From Guillardia theta CCMP2712 (lineage: Eukaryota > Protista > Cryptophyta): a DNA stretch of 64,000 nt. Under the pieces are notes generated by a model that worked only from the letters and a program-made list of their open reading frames with translations, did not search any database and was not told where the DNA came from. Positions 23,574 to 36,699 of this stretch are shown piece by piece. The stretch spans positions 65,001-129,000 of the forward strand of contig NW_005434626.1 in the NCBI RefSeq assembly GCF_000315625.1. Reading direction: 5' to 3'. Made by a program: the position numbers and the translations under genes. The stretch's first letter is position 1, and every line of letters begins with the position of its first letter.

Positions 23574-24924
23574 TTATCGTGGTGACATGTCAACCATTCC
23601 AGCGACCACCGATGACTCGATGCCGCATTCATCATCTCCTCTTGCGATCTTGAATGTACCTTTGTCACCCCAGTCCTCATTCCAGGAATTGGCGACCAGC
23701 CAGTACTTGTTGCCTGCCTCGACTCCCCATCTACGCAAGAGCATCAGTCAAGTGCAATGTTGGTGAGGGAATCCTGTACCCCATGATCTTGATCGCGTGT
23801 CCACCGAGCTCCGGTCCACTGACATGTCGATAAACACCACTCTGATAGGCAAGAAAGTCTTGGTAGACAGTGAAGGCAGCTTCCACAGGTCCTGCCGATG
23901 TACGTCAGTGAAGCAAATAAGCAAGCCAGGAGAATGCTTCATCACCATTCGTCATGATCTCGGCCTGAATCTTTGCTGGGCTTACGGAATAAACCGATTT
24001 GCCATGGTATCTTGGCTTCTTCTCGCTTGCTCGCACGCATTTGGGGGTTGGCTGGCTTGGACCACAAGGTTTGTAATGGGTCTTGTTGATGTGATGTTCG
24101 CAAGGGGGGAACACGTAGGGGTACTTTGATTCCGTCGTCAACCCATGCATCTTGAAGAACCTCCAGGCACCCGTTGGGAAACCGCCGTTGCATCCCATTC
24201 CGCATTGTACAAGGCAGCACGAGAGCATATCCTCTGCAGACAGTTCGTCCTTGACCGTCCCGTTGCTGGCGATGCACAACCTGTCACTCATCGCTTCCTG
24301 CGAAAGAATATCAACGACAACATCAACGACAATGTTTCGAGCAAGGAGAGCGCAAAGAGTCGGAGGATGCATCTTACCACGGCTCCAAACGCCCAGCAGG
24401 ATCCGCACGTCGACTGGTCGCGAATGTGTGCGATGGAAGGGCACTGAGGCCAGTTGGTGCGAGCGTCAAAGTTGTCTGGGATCTTCACGTTGGGATAGTC
24501 AAAGTCTGGAGGTCCAGCAAGCATGTCCTTCGGCTCCTTCAACGCTCCCATCCAGGTACGCACGTCACCGAGCTTGGTATTTGCAAACCGCTTGTTGGTT
24601 GTAGCTTTCCAGCTCTTTGCAGCATTGTTGACTTCATTCACTACAAAAGACATTGAGTTAGATAGTTTCACATCTTGAGACAAGACGAGGCTAAAGAGGC
24701 TCGAATCAGAAACATGAAACGCAAGGTAACAACGGTTTGTTTAGTCGCGCACAAATCTCTTCAAAACGCATCACTGAGGAGGCAAGAGGGAGACAGGGAG
24801 CAGAGAGATGGCGGCGAGGCTCACCGAAGTCTTCTGAAAGAGCAGGAGCCTCGTCGAGCTTCTGGTTCAGAGGCACGGCTGCCGCCAGCCCAAGAGCGCA
24901 GCACAGAACTGCTGTCCGCAGCAT
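23574..24924 (-). CDS. CTSB: Cathepsin B-like cysteine protease (papain family C1A), preproprotein
   Basis: Signal peptide [16 protein letters not shown]; [32 protein letters not shown]; CNGGFP; occluding loop PPCEHH; GGHAIKIMG; [16 protein letters not shown]. Confidence 0.95.
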
Positions 24925-25305
24925 CGCAGGGATCACACTTTTAATCATAAAAGTTATTTCCAGACGAAGGACAGCAGATGGGTAGGGAAGATACAATCAA
25001 AGTACCAATAATTGTAAAATTAAAACATTAAAATGCCCTCAACCTACCATGTGTGTTTTAAATATTTTTATCTGGCGTCCCCACCACACCCTGGTGATAT
25101 CAAACCACCCCCTACCCCCTGAAGACCTTGAGGTCTCAGCTTGACTTCCCTCACAATCCTACAATCTTCAGTTCCTCCTCCTTCCCCCTTCCCCGCTCTC
25201 CACCTTGCTCCTCCTCCTCCTCCCTCCTCCCTCCCTCCCTCCCTCCCTGTATCGCCCATACCTGCTGTAACGACGGTCTTCGCTCTGCCATAGTCTAGTA
25301 TATTG

Positions 25306-28300
25306 ATGCTCCTCCATCGCAGGCAAATGATTCAGTTGCGGGCTCTTGATGGGGAAGACCTCGCAGGGAGGCAAGAGGAGAGGCAAGAGCATCTTCCTCT
25401 TAACCCCTCGAATGGCTACATAGCGGATGCTGGCAGCTTCCTGGTAGAGATGAGGAGCCCACAGGACCTGATCGAGGGGAGCCTTGTGACACTGAAGGAG
25501 AACGAGCTAACGACATGGTCTAGCAGCGGCACACACCTGAGCTCCTTCCGAGTCGACAGCCATCACAGCAGTGTGCTGGCCGCGATGCTCCGCCTGGTGG
25601 CTAAGAAGTGGATTACTTACTCAGCCTACGTGAATTCTTGCAACGAAGCATGACAGAGGAAAGCGTGGAGGGAGGAGAATATGATGTGGACATCGGGTTT
25701 ACCATTCATCTGAGTGTGAAGCTCACGTACGACAGCATGAACAACGAGTTGGGACGAGACCTGCACGTGCTGGTCATGCATCTCGACACTCGCTGCCCCT
25801 GCAGGTCCTCCAAGGAAGGAGGTCTCGCGCAAGAGCTCAGAAGCTTGGAAGCGTTTCGAGGCGCCCTGTCACAGCTGAAAGAGAGCGATGACTCCGTCAA
25901 AGTGAGCCTCGCTCAGATCAGATGCAACTGTTTCGTCAAGGACTGCTGCTGGGATTCGCTGCATGACAACGGGCAAAACTTAGCTCCGCTGTTCAGGTTG
26001 GGATCAGTTTTGCTTGCCCTCAATAACCTGCAGCATGAAGATGTGCTTGATGAAACCAACAGAAACTCCACACCATCTTTGATGGTTCAAAGAAAAGGCT
26101 GTTCGAAAAGCGTGGATCTTGTCGATGGGGCTGAACTAGAGCTATGCATGTATGAAAGTGATGTTTGGAAAAGGGTGCGTGTAGAAGGCGTTATGAAGAA
26201 TCCGGACGGAAGTTTCAATTTCTTTGCTGACGAAGGCTCTGTGAAGCAAGAGCATCGCATGGTGGATTTGAAGCGGGTGTCAGGCAAGTCTTCCTACAGG
26301 ATGGCAGCAACAGACAAGAGCAACTCCAAGCCACAGCGAGGAGCTCTTGTGTCGGTACGATGGAAGTACAGTCTGGGCGCACGGGTGAGAAAGCTGGCTG
26401 GCGAGGTAGTCTTGTGTGGAAAGATTGTCAACATCTTGAGAGTGAAGAGATCTCAAAGCTTGAAGTATGAAGTGAGGTATGAGTCCGGTGAGCAGGAAGT
26501 GGTGTCCTTTCCACATAAATGCTTCGAGTGTGTAGAAGAATCCAGAGGGTGCACGTTCGTAAGGGATGCGTTTGTGGTGGGCATGGAGGACCAGCACGTT
26601 CTTGTGAGATATGCTTCGACAACCCTGGTGGAGCGACTGCTGCTCTCTGAGGTCCTGGGAGTTCGCGAGAGTATTCAGATGCCGATCCATGTGCTTCCTG
26701 ACGATGTTCTTGTGGTGCTGCTCGATCAGCTCGACCCCTTAGAGGAGCTGAGCGTTGCGGCGATGACATGCCGATCGCTCAACAATGCTGTACAGAACAT
26801 GATCCCTGGACTCAAGCTCACTCTCTATGGCCATCAGCGACGAGCAGTTGCATGGATGCTGAGGAGAGAGACTCGACCTGAGAGAATTTCAAACCCGAGC
26901 GTCGAAGAGTTCTGCTCCAAGAAGGGAAAAGATTTCTACATCAACCTCTGCAAGGGAGTGTCGCTGTCCTTTGAGGCTGAGAAGGAGGTGGAGGACGTGC
27001 GAGGAGGCTTTCTCTGTGACGAACCTGGCATGGGGAAGACCATCACTGTGCTCGCGCTGATCTTGAAGTCTCGCAGCATGAGAGGATGGAATTTCTTGAA
27101 CGCAGATGAGAGCGACAGAAGTAGCTCAGAAAGTCTCGGCATATCGCCTGGGAGGTTGACAAGGTTGTCAGCTCAGGCCCTGTCGCCTACCAAGGGTGTG
27201 GTCAAGTTTCCTTCTCGCGCAACTCTCATCGTCGTTCCTGGCACGCTGCTCCACCATTGGACGTACCAGATCAGTGCTCACACTAAGAGAGGCACCCTTC
27301 GGCTCCATACTGTGTCCAAGTCGTCTGAGATCCTCTCGGCCAAGGACATGTCGCGACTAGATGTCGTTCTCACCACCTTCGATGTGCTGAGCAAGCAGTG
27401 GAGTCTGGGGAGCCCAGTCCTTGGTTCACATAGATGGTATCAGCAGCAGCGAGTCCAGTCCCTCAAGCAGGGCAGGTATGTGCACGATTATGTGGGGATC
27501 GCAGACTTCAAGAGGAAGGTGGAAAGTGCTCAGGAGGAGACGAGGAATGGGAGTGAGTTTCTCAAGGTCAAGTGGAGGAGGATCATCCTCGATGAAGGTC
27601 ATGTTATGGGAGGAACCAACGAGACTAATCGTGCCATGATGTGCTCCAACATCGATGCTTCTTGTCGATGGATCTGCACGGGGACTCCGACGCCCAACAA
27701 CCCTGGGTCTGAGCTGATGCACCTCTACGGCCTCATGTGCTTCCTCCGCTCCAAGCCCTTCGCCAACTTTGACGTGTGGCGCCAGCAGGTGGTCCTGCCC
27801 TTCGAGTCCTTCGACTGCTCAGCTTGGGTGCGGCTGCACGCGATGCTGTCGAGGAGCATGTTTCGATCGCTCAAGGCTGACATGGAGAGGTTGGGGGAAA
27901 TTCCTGCCTGCAAGGTAGAGACGACGCACATCCGGTTGTCACGAGGAGAGCAGGAGGCATACAACGGGCTTGTCTCCATCATCCGCAGAAATTTGATTCT
28001 CGCTGAGTGCGATGACATCCGGATCGACTCTCTGCTGCACAGCAAGAACAGGAAGTACGCGCTGGAGGCGATCAGCAACATGAGGAAAGCGTGTTGCGTG
28101 ACGGGGCAGGTACTCGTGGGGTAGTCAAGTCGCGTTCCCTTGACGTTTGTGACAGTTCAAGATCGCGATCGTGAAGGCTCACCTGGACGAGTCTGTCGAG
28201 GTGATGCGCAGGGGACACTCGTTGCAGGACAAGGGCTGCGACTGCCCTGGTGAATATTTCGACATGAACTCTTCCAAGATGGTGGACTGCAGCGACAGAG

Positions 28301-29646
28301 GAGGAAATTGCCCGCTGCTAGCTGACACGTCTTGTGTGGTGCCAGAGAGGAGGATCATGAACGTGCAGCACGCGTTTGTGCCTGAAAGTTTCTCTGCTGG
28401 AAGAACTTCTTTGGTGGACCAGCATTGCTGCGTGTGCGACAAGTGCAACAAGAGCTCCATCTTCCCTTTCATCTCTCCCTGCGGTCATCTCATCTGTCTG
28501 AACTGTGTGGACGCAACTGCGATGCGCGTCTGCCCCATTTGTGCTCGCAGTTTCTCCCTCCGTAGCTTCGCTGACTTCCAGCCGTCAGTGGAGCAGTCGA
28601 ACATGACATGGAACCCCTCCTGGATCGACGACTTGTCCTCCAAGGTCGCTCTCCTCCTCGTTCGCCTGCGGCACTTCGGGTTCCTCCAGGTCCACAAGTC
28701 CCAAGAGATCTGGTGGCACAACAAAGTCCTGCGCCTCGCCAAACAGACGCGCAAGCACGAGAGCAAGAGCCCGCCGCAGCGACACCCGGCCGGCAAGTGC
28801 ATCGTGTACTCAAACTTCATCGAGACCATCGACAACGTGGCGAACTCGATCTCCGAGGCCATGGGCGGGGGCGGCAACTACATGCGCTTCACCGCCAACC
28901 TCAAGCGAGGAATGCTGGAGCGCAACGATGCCATCCAGCAGTTCCGAGACAACCCAGACATTCAGATCATCCTCATCGACAGCGCGGGAGCTCTTGGCCT
29001 CGACCTCAGCTTCGTGACGCACGTGTACCTGCTCGACCCGATCTGGGACAAGAGCCAGGAGGATCAAGTGATCAGTCGCGCCCACCGACTAGGTGCCAAG
29101 AGCTCGATCACGGTCGAGAAGTTCATCGCGACGGGGACGGTGGAGGAGATCATGGAGTTGTGGATGAAGGAAAAAACGCTCAGCAACGCGAGCAAGTCGG
29201 GCGAGAAACATGAGGAGACGGGCCGGAAACGAGTCCGCAACGAGGAGCAGAGGAAGGCAACTGAAGACAAGAAGATCAGATGGATCCTGACCAACGTCAA
29301 GCTGCTTCCCGAGGACCAAGACTCCAGCATGGAAGCGAGCTTAGAGGCTGCAGCCATGTCGGCCAGGCATATCTTCGCTACGGAAGATGCCGAGGAGGCT
29401 GAGATGAACGAAGCTGTGGAGGAGGAGGAAGTCCTTTCTGACTTGGAATCCGAGGGTGAGGAGGAAGCCCTTTCGCGCCGTGACTTCATCCCCGCTGATG
29501 CGGGGAGCTCGAGGCCGGGGTATGTGTTCAGGCCGGGAGAGCTCGGGTTGGGCTACTATCGTGATCTGGTCGAAGCCGGGCCCGCCGGGTCCGACGGCGA
29601 GTCATCTAGCAGAGGCGGCAAGCGAGTTCGGTTCGCAGAGATGTGA
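25306..29646 (+). CDS. F-box + SNF2-family (RAD5/16-like) helicase with RING finger and Tudor-like N-terminal region
   Basis: F-box LPDDVLVVLLDQLDPLEELSVAAMTCR directly followed by LYGHQRRAVAWM; GGFLCDEPGMGKT; WRRIILDEGH; CTGTP; RING CDKC..PCGHLICLNC..CPIC; HelicC GALGLDLSFVTHVYLLDPIWDKSQEDQVISRAHRLG. Architecture resembles plant F-box SNF2 proteins. Confidence 0.92.
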
Positions 29647-30324
29647 GCAGGTCTGCATCCGATGCCAAGATGATGATGGACTCCCGGATCTTTGAGCTGT
29701 AAACTTGAAAATTAACGAATAATTCATGCAAAGCCACACTGCCACGGACGGTCAAGCCAACGTGGCACAGTGTCGGACCGTCGCAATCACGGCCGATGGC
29801 GGGGGTGGGCGCCCGGCCCGCCGCACTGCCAGCAGTGCGGCAGTCTACACCGTCACTGACTACATCTGACAGTTCGGCGCCCCCGCCTACCGCCCCGAAG
29901 ACTCGCGGCAACTTCTCAGCTTCTGGCTTCGGGGCCGGGCCGAACTTCCGAGCTTCGGAACTAGGCTTTCATAACTTTGAACCGTTTCAAACAGTTACAC
30001 GCCTCAGTGCTGACCCAGTACCAGACCCAGTACTGCAGCAGTACTGACCGGCATGTCCCCAGGATCAGCCATCAGTACCGGACAACACGTGGAACACAAC
30101 CCGCCTCACCATGAAAGTTTGAAATGCCAGCTTACTTTTTCAAAATAAAGAGGAAATATAGAACCATAACCTTAAATGTGAGATCCCAACGGTACCTAGG
30201 GAATGCAGGGCAGTCGCCGCCTCCTCCTCGTCCTCCCGCTCTTCCTCCAGATCGGCAGGTGAGAGGATCACTCCTCCCTGAGATTCTTCGCTCGGCATCA
30301 TCTCCAACTCCTGGAGCAGCTTCT

Positions 30325-31682
30325 ATGATGGCTCGCCTTGTGCTTCCCTTCACTCCCCTTACACTGCTTCTCTATGATTTCCTTGCTGTTGAGCGATGTA
30401 TTCTGAATCAATCTTGTAGCTTGGAAGCTTTCTCTTTCGCTCCAGTAAATTCAGCAATGAGATTTGGCTTGTCTTCTTCAATGCACCAGATTTCCTTGAT
30501 ACAGAGAGCAAGGCTGACACTTCGAGGAGGCCATGGTCTACGAATGATGGTCGATGGTCCTCGTGGGAACAATGTCCTTTGTGAGATGATTTTGCATTGT
30601 GCTTCACTTGATTTCGCTGACATAGCTGAAACTTTCAGATGCAAAAAGAGGTCAGCATGACGGAATTCTTGGAGATTGTCCGTACACACACAAGGCGCAG
30701 ATGGCAATGAAGGCCAAGGATCTGCAGTATGAAGTTTGCCTGGTAAACCTTTCCGACAAACCCAAGTGGTTCCTCGAGCTCAACCCCAAAGGGACGGTGC
30801 CGACGTACGTGACGGGTGAGAACTTCCTACCTGCTACCACTCCACTCACGTATGGCAACAGCTGAAGGAAAGATTTTGACGGAGTCTGACGACATCATCC
30901 AATGGTGCGACTTGCAAGAGCCAAAGGTTGAGAGAAAACATTGTGCCTGCTACTGTCTCAGAGACGCTGATGTTTGACCTTGCTGTTGAGCAGGACTTCA
31001 AGATGTTCCAACGACCTGGAGGGTACGATAAAGCAACCGTGTATTCGAAACAGACCCTGATCTATTGCTCCTAGAGACGAGGTTTGGAATGTTGCCAAAG
31101 AGGTTTTCCCAGCCTTCGGAGGTCATTTATGATCAAAGTGCATCAATCTTTTATTCGATGTGAATTGGACTTCAGAATACATGAAGAACAAGGACGTCTC
31201 GCGCAACGACGAGCTCAAGGCCAAACTTGACGCCAAACTTGCTGCACTTGACAGGTCGGTCAGCTACAAGTGTCTGCGCTTTGATCACCTCCATGTACAG
31301 TTTTTTGAAGGGTCGCAATGGGCCTCTTCTCTTGGGAGAGCAGGTGACGACTGATGCAAAGCATTCGCCGCGGGATCTGATCAAGACTGCAGATCAGCGC
31401 TGAAGACTGCAAATTGACTCCTCAATTGTATCACATCAGGCAAGAACATTCACCTCTATCCGTGGTTTTCCTGAAGCTTAATGCAGCATTGCTGTGCCAC
31501 ACTATGTGAAATATGATGCTCTCGAGAAATATGACAATATTAAGGTAAGTTCTTTTCGTCTTGTGAACATGGTTGATCGAACACTACAGAAATACCTCAA
31601 CTCCGCCATGCAAACCGACGCTTTCAAGAAAAGTGCGTACACACCAGAAACCGTGATCTGGGGCTGGTCGAAGTTCTTCTAG
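30325..31682 (+). CDS. DHAR: Dehydroascorbate reductase-like glutathione transferase, probably plastid-targeted
   Basis: GILGDCPYTHKAQMAMKAKDLQYEVCLVNLSDKPKWFLELNPKGTVP, LTESDDI, DCKLTPQLYH, C-terminal FKKSAYTPETVIWGW. Leader with A-FSFAP cleavage-like motif and LTLRGG; many short introns. Confidence 0.85.
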
Positions 31683-31816
31683 AGGGGATGAACTCTGATG
31701 TGAGGAGTGAATGTGTAGGGTGGATGAAGGTATTTCTTGTGAAGTGCGCACAAGTTGGAAAGCAGATTGATTCATTAAATCATATCCTCGTAGAGTTAAA
31801 AATCTCGTTTGATCAT

Positions 31817-32512
31817 TCAGACAGCCGACTTCTCGCAATGCTGCACAGCCTCAAGAGGAATCATCGCCTCTTCTCGAACATCTCCCGAGATCTTCTCCCT
31901 ATTCATCCGGTTGTACAGCGGGCAGGAAGATTCTATCTCGCACCGGCAGCACGGGCATGTGTTGTGCACTTGCAGCCATTCAAACAAACAGTTCTCGTGG
32001 AAGGCGTGTGAGCAAGGCATCTTCTTCATGCTCCCTTGTAGCGCACACTGGCAGATCGCACAGTCACTTCCCGAAACCTCGGAATTCTCCGGCACTGGCA
32101 AAGCATGCATTGCAAAGGACGAAGCGCATGGGTTGCCCTTAGCATGCAAATCCATCGAACGACGACGAAATTCACTCAGAAAATAACCGGACAAGCCGCC
32201 GCAAGCAACAGGAAGTCGCTCCATCCGCTCGGGGAAGTTCAACACGATGGGCTGATTCAACAGCCTGCGTCTTGACGAAGTTGCCTGCCTAGCTGTGTAT
32301 CTGGGCTGGGTTGCTCCATCCTCCAACGGGCGCTTTCTAACTTGGCTCTGATCCTCCTGTTGGGCTTTCGGTTGGTGCTGCTCTGATGAAGACATGACAT
32401 GGCCAGCATTATTTTCCCTGACCGTTCTCCTCGTGGTCAAGGCACAGACAATTGCTCCATCCGAGATCAGTTCATCGGATAGTGTGTTGGGCGCTTCTGG
32501 AAAACTGCTCAT
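31817..32512 (-). CDS. RING-H2 finger protein (putative E3 ligase)
   Basis: CAICQCALQGSMKKMPCSHAFHENCLFEWLQVHNTCPCCR; single-exon ORF of 231 aa. Confidence 0.88.
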   Translation of the reverse strand: MSSFPEAPNTLSDELISDGAIVCALTTRRTVRENNAGHVMSSSEQHQPKAQQEDQSQVRKRPLEDGATQPRYTARQATSSRRRLLNQPIVLNFPERMERLPVACGGLSGYFLSEFRRRSMDLHAKGNPCASSFAMHALPVPENSEVSGSDCAICQCALQGSMKKMPCSHAFHENCLFEWLQVHNTCPCCRCEIESSCPLYNRMNREKISGDVREEAMIPLEAVQHCEKSAV

Positions 32513-32897
32513 CTTAGTTTGGATTCTAGATAGAGGTCTGTTGAGGTGCTTTTGGTCTTGAATTCGTTGACGTTATCTCACTGCTGTTTCGGCAAGAAAC
32601 GAACAAATAAAGGTAGTCGATGTGAGGCAGAGGGAGCGATGAAGGAGAGGAATGGTGCGTGGATCGATGATAGAGATACGAAGCTTTTATGGAAGAGTGT
32701 GGTGTTGGCTGATGATTTATAGCAGGCGCGGGCTGCTGGATCGTCGGGGGAGTCGCGTGAGCGTCGGGGTTGGAGGAGGTAGATACAGGCGCAGGCAAGT
32801 GATCCACCACAGTGGGTGGGGTTATTTAGATAGGGTGGGGGTAGACGTGTACAGCCGAGAATATTAAAAAGGGGTGGGTAGAGAAAATTTGAAAAAA

Positions 32898-33820
32898 GGG
32901 GTATTCGACAGAAACGCGTCCAAAATCATGGATATAGGACAATTGGATAAATAGTACAAATTGTTTGGATAGTAACGCTTCTTGGATTATTTTAAACAGT
33001 ATGAAAATAGCAAACTCGGTACTAATTTAAGTTACATTTGCCCTTTACAAACAATTATTGCTAAGGTACCGTAGTACGACCCCGTACAAACTCTCCAACT
33101 TGGTACTACTTTCCCGCCAACAAATCTGGCCATTCCAGCACGCCGCGGACGCCGCGCCATGGCAGCTCTGCATCCCACATCGTTCATGCACCATGTTGAA
33201 ACCATACGTTCTCAGCTGGGGCTTTCCTCCAACCTTCGTATAGGTCAAGTTATCTCGAAGGGACATCAACTCGTGGGATGGAGGCTTGACGGGAACCTCG
33301 TGGAAGCGGCTAGTCGTCTTTATCATGAACTGGCAGACCAATCTATGCCTACTTCTCCCGCCACGGTCAATGTTAGTCACACAACTCTTGGGTATAGGAT
33401 GTCAGGCTGCCACAAGGGGGTACTGTAGACTTTCCTAATCGTGATGAAGTACCCCTCCTACGTATAGTATGTCAGGCTGCCAGGAGGGGGTACTGTAGTC
33501 TGTTTGGGGTATGACGACCACCCATGTGACAACCGATGTTCTCTGACAAAGGAGGGTGGGGGGGTGGTGGATTGAGGAGAGGTGGGGGTAATGGGGGGTA
33601 GTGAGAGTGAAGTGGAGGGGTAGTCGAATACAAGAATACTTTTTGTACCGTAATCCTAAAAAGGTTGTTAACAATTATTAATTGGTACCAGAGAGTACCC
33701 ACCCCCTCTAGATGTCTTTGCCTTGTTTGGACCGGTTAAGGCAGAGGAGAATATGCTTTAAAATAGATAAGATTTTAATCTGTCACCCAAGATTTCGGGC
33801 GCGTTTCTGTCGAATACCCC
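32898..33820. mobile_element. Non-autonomous TIR element (MITE-like), 923 bp
   Basis: GGGGTATTCGACAGAAACGCG at 32898 and its exact reverse complement ending 33820 (21 bp perfect, about 34 bp imperfect). No transposase ORF; internal ~30-bp direct repeat at ~33401 and ~33471. Confidence 0.7.
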
Positions 33821-35093
33821 GAAAATTTGGATAAAACTATTCATGTAGATGGATTCAAAATCACGAGGGTGTTAGCTATAGGTAAATCACATTGAAGAGA
33901 AGCGAGAAATAGTAAGAAATATTTGAAAGAGAACAAGTATGGGTGTTTAGGCTTTGAGGATGAATTGAGGTAGGTGGGGGTGACAAAGGAGGCGAAAGGT
34001 TTGAATAGGTGGTAGGGTGGTGTGGGTGATGGAGGGTTAAGACGGGGGGGTAGGGAACGTGGAGGTCATCAAAGGGCTAGAGACGGAAGGAAGTCTATGA
34101 AATGGGGGTGGGGGTAGTGAATGGATGGTAAGTGTCTGATCACCTCTATTCAGTATTGGGGCAGATGGAGGGGTACCTGACATAAATGAGGGGTTCGATT
34201 ACTCCGGGGTTTGTAATGAAACGTTGAGGTTTAAAGGTCAGAATTGGAAGCAAGATATGAAGAAAAAGGCAGGCACAAGTAGAGTCGAAGAGAAGGAGTG
34301 GGGTGGTACATATCACCCACCATTGGATCAATCATGTGGTATTCTTGCTAGTGAAAAGAGGGGTACTAGAACAATAGACGCTGTACTCGCGAGTCCATGT
34401 GGGGTGGGTGTGGGGGACGCACGGGGGGGAGGCAGATGCGCGGGATATGCACGGGGGGTAGATATACTGACCAGGGGTGGTTTTGAGGGGTGAAAGTTGG
34501 GTGCCGAGAAATATATCGAAGATCACGTTACTCCGCGAAACGTTGTCTCTTCAGATGGTCAGAGGTCCATGACTCATCTGGCTCTTTTAGCCCAAACTAC
34601 CCCACCAGGGGAAGGTAGCTCAAGCACCCCCTCTATGTGCTCCCGTTATGACTTCCATGTCCGGCGACCTTTCAGTGATTATGATCATGTACTGTGACTA
34701 AAAATAGCATCACTTTACTACAAGGGCCCCCTCTTGTCACATGACAATCGTGCGATTGGACCCCTTTGATTCCAACCCTCTATTTGAAAGAGTGGCTGGT
34801 CCTGTTGTTTACTCAAAGTTAAGTGAAAAATCAGTACGTGGACACAGGAGAGGTACTACTAGTCGTCAACGACTGCATTGGAAAGAGTTAGATTCACTCC
34901 AGGTAAAACCGAAGCGTTTCGATTATGACTCCGACACGGTCTTGGCTTCGTGACCGCTGACTCCACCCGTCCGGGTCTCTCCGATGCCGAGGCAGACCTG
35001 CGGTGACTTCGGGCCTTAACGGAACCCGGTAGGGCCCGGCTGTCCGAGAGCGAATTGAGTGAAGGGACTAGTGAAACCTCCGACTGGATTGCC

Positions 35094-36695
35094 ATGCTTG
35101 GGGGGAGAGGGCGGGTCATGGCAGCGGCACTGCTACATGCGCTGCTCGCAACGGGAGAGGTAGGAAGAGACACGAGCTCTCGCTCTTGTCCAACGGCTCC
35201 TTCCCCAAACCTCCACCATATGATGAGCCAGCATGACGTCAGCAGCAACGAGACGCTGCGATACGTGATGCAGCTCAGAGGGGACAAGCATGTCAGGATC
35301 GCCGAGGGCCTCTACATGTGGGACTGGCGGTACATGAGCCCATGGCTTAGGAGACGACGAGATAAAGTGCGCGAGTTCTGTATGGAACCACATGAGGGAG
35401 GGCAAGTTCACCTGAAAGGCGATCAGGCGGTCCTTGATGGCCAGTGGGACTTTCACCCGCGGTGCTCGGGGTCCTTCACCGACCTTGTTTTCCGGTACAG
35501 CACCATCGTCGTGGATGGACGAGAACTTATGCTGCTCAATGGTGGGTCCTGGGTGGTGAGGATGTGCGAGCTGAAGGCCTCCGGCATGCAGGTCCTTCGT
35601 TGCCAGAGAGACAGCCGAGTGGACATGTCGAAGAGCGTGGTGGGAGGGATCACCTTCGACCCCTACGAGCCCGATGCCAATCAGGATTACCTCAGAGCTA
35701 GTAACGGGCTGGTGGCCATAGAAACGAGCAGAGCGTCTCTGCATTCTTGCGAGCTATCGATGACAGGCTTGCTGGATGGCAGTGCACTCAAGGCCTCTGG
35801 GAAGTCGAGCGTGAAAGCGAGTCAGTGCACCTTCATGCAGAATGTTGTGAGTGTGTTTGTAAGCCAAAACTGCTCCGTGCTGGTGGAGGACAGCGTCTTC
35901 ATGCACAAGAGGTTGAGCCACCTCCTGGTTGGACCTCCTCTTCCCTCCAACGCCAGGCTGAGCTTCTTTCGCAACCGAGGGGTCGGAAGTCTGTGGGGGC
36001 TGAACGGGAGACCCAAGGTGTGGGAAGAGCGAGACAACTTCTTTCCGGAGCAGGAAGAGAAGTCAAACCTCGAGCTGCTACGAGAAAACTTTGCTTATGT
36101 CCCGCTGTACGAAAACAAAGGAATCGGAGAGAAACCTGATTGGCTGCTTGCAAGGGAAGGCGGGTACCTGATAGAGACCGGCGACCACATTGTCTATTGC
36201 CTGACATGCGGGAAAGACAACAATCTCAATCACTTCTTGACGTGTCAGCACTGCTATGATCCGCGACAGCAGTTCCAGCGCAAGTACGGCCTGGGAGATA
36301 TCATGAATGTGACTGCTCTGTTCGACTCCTTGCAAGAAGAGAAACGAGAGAAACGAGAGTTCCGTCGAGACGAAGACATCGAGCGAGCCAGGCAAATGGC
36401 AGAGACAACTCGTCAATGGCCTTGGACGAGGCCCAAGGAGCTTCAGCAAGTGAAGGCAAGCAGCAAGCCCGTCGCTGACTTTCTCGCATCCACTCAACGT
36501 CTGCATACAGTTGAAGAACTGCGGACTAACTTCACTGAAGCTTACAAGGAAAAAGAAACCCTCAAGGCGATGTATCGCAGCAGGCGAGAGGAAGACGTCA
36601 GGGTCCTGCTGGTACAGGCGCAAGAGAAATATGCGCGAGCACGAGCAGCTTTCGTCAAGGCGCTGGATGAGCTGCCCAAGCAAGATCGCTCATGA
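35094..36695 (+). CDS. Hypothetical protein with right-handed beta-helix (pectin-lyase-like) region and C-terminal coiled coil
   Basis: 546-aa ORF; hydrophobic N-terminal segment; parallel beta-helix-like repeats (SLHSCELS, VKASQCTF, VLVEDSVF); CxxC..CxxC; charged helical tail. Confidence 0.65.
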   Translation: MLGGRGRVMAAALLHALLATGEVGRDTSSRSCPTAPSPNLHHMMSQHDVSSNETLRYVMQLRGDKHVRIAEGLYMWDWRYMSPWLRRRRDKVREFCMEPHEGGQVHLKGDQAVLDGQWDFHPRCSGSFTDLVFRYSTIVVDGRELMLLNGGSWVVRMCELKASGMQVLRCQRDSRVDMSKSVVGGITFDPYEPDANQDYLRASNGLVAIETSRASLHSCELSMTGLLDGSALKASGKSSVKASQCTFMQNVVSVFVSQNCSVLVEDSVFMHKRLSHLLVGPPLPSNARLSFFRNRGVGSLWGLNGRPKVWEERDNFFPEQEEKSNLELLRENFAYVPLYENKGIGEKPDWLLAREGGYLIETGDHIVYCLTCGKDNNLNHFLTCQHCYDPRQQFQRKYGLGDIMNVTALFDSLQEEKREKREFRRDEDIERARQMAETTRQWPWTRPKELQQVKASSKPVADFLASTQRLHTVEELRTNFTEAYKEKETLKAMYRSRREEDVRVLLVQAQEKYARARAAFVKALDELPKQDRS

Positions 36696-36699
36696 GCTT

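Noticed and set aside
33850-34500. G-run-rich non-coding stretch (also 8050-8480) as G-quadruplex element or transposon
   Set aside because: No termini, repeats or ORF identified; composition alone is insufficient.
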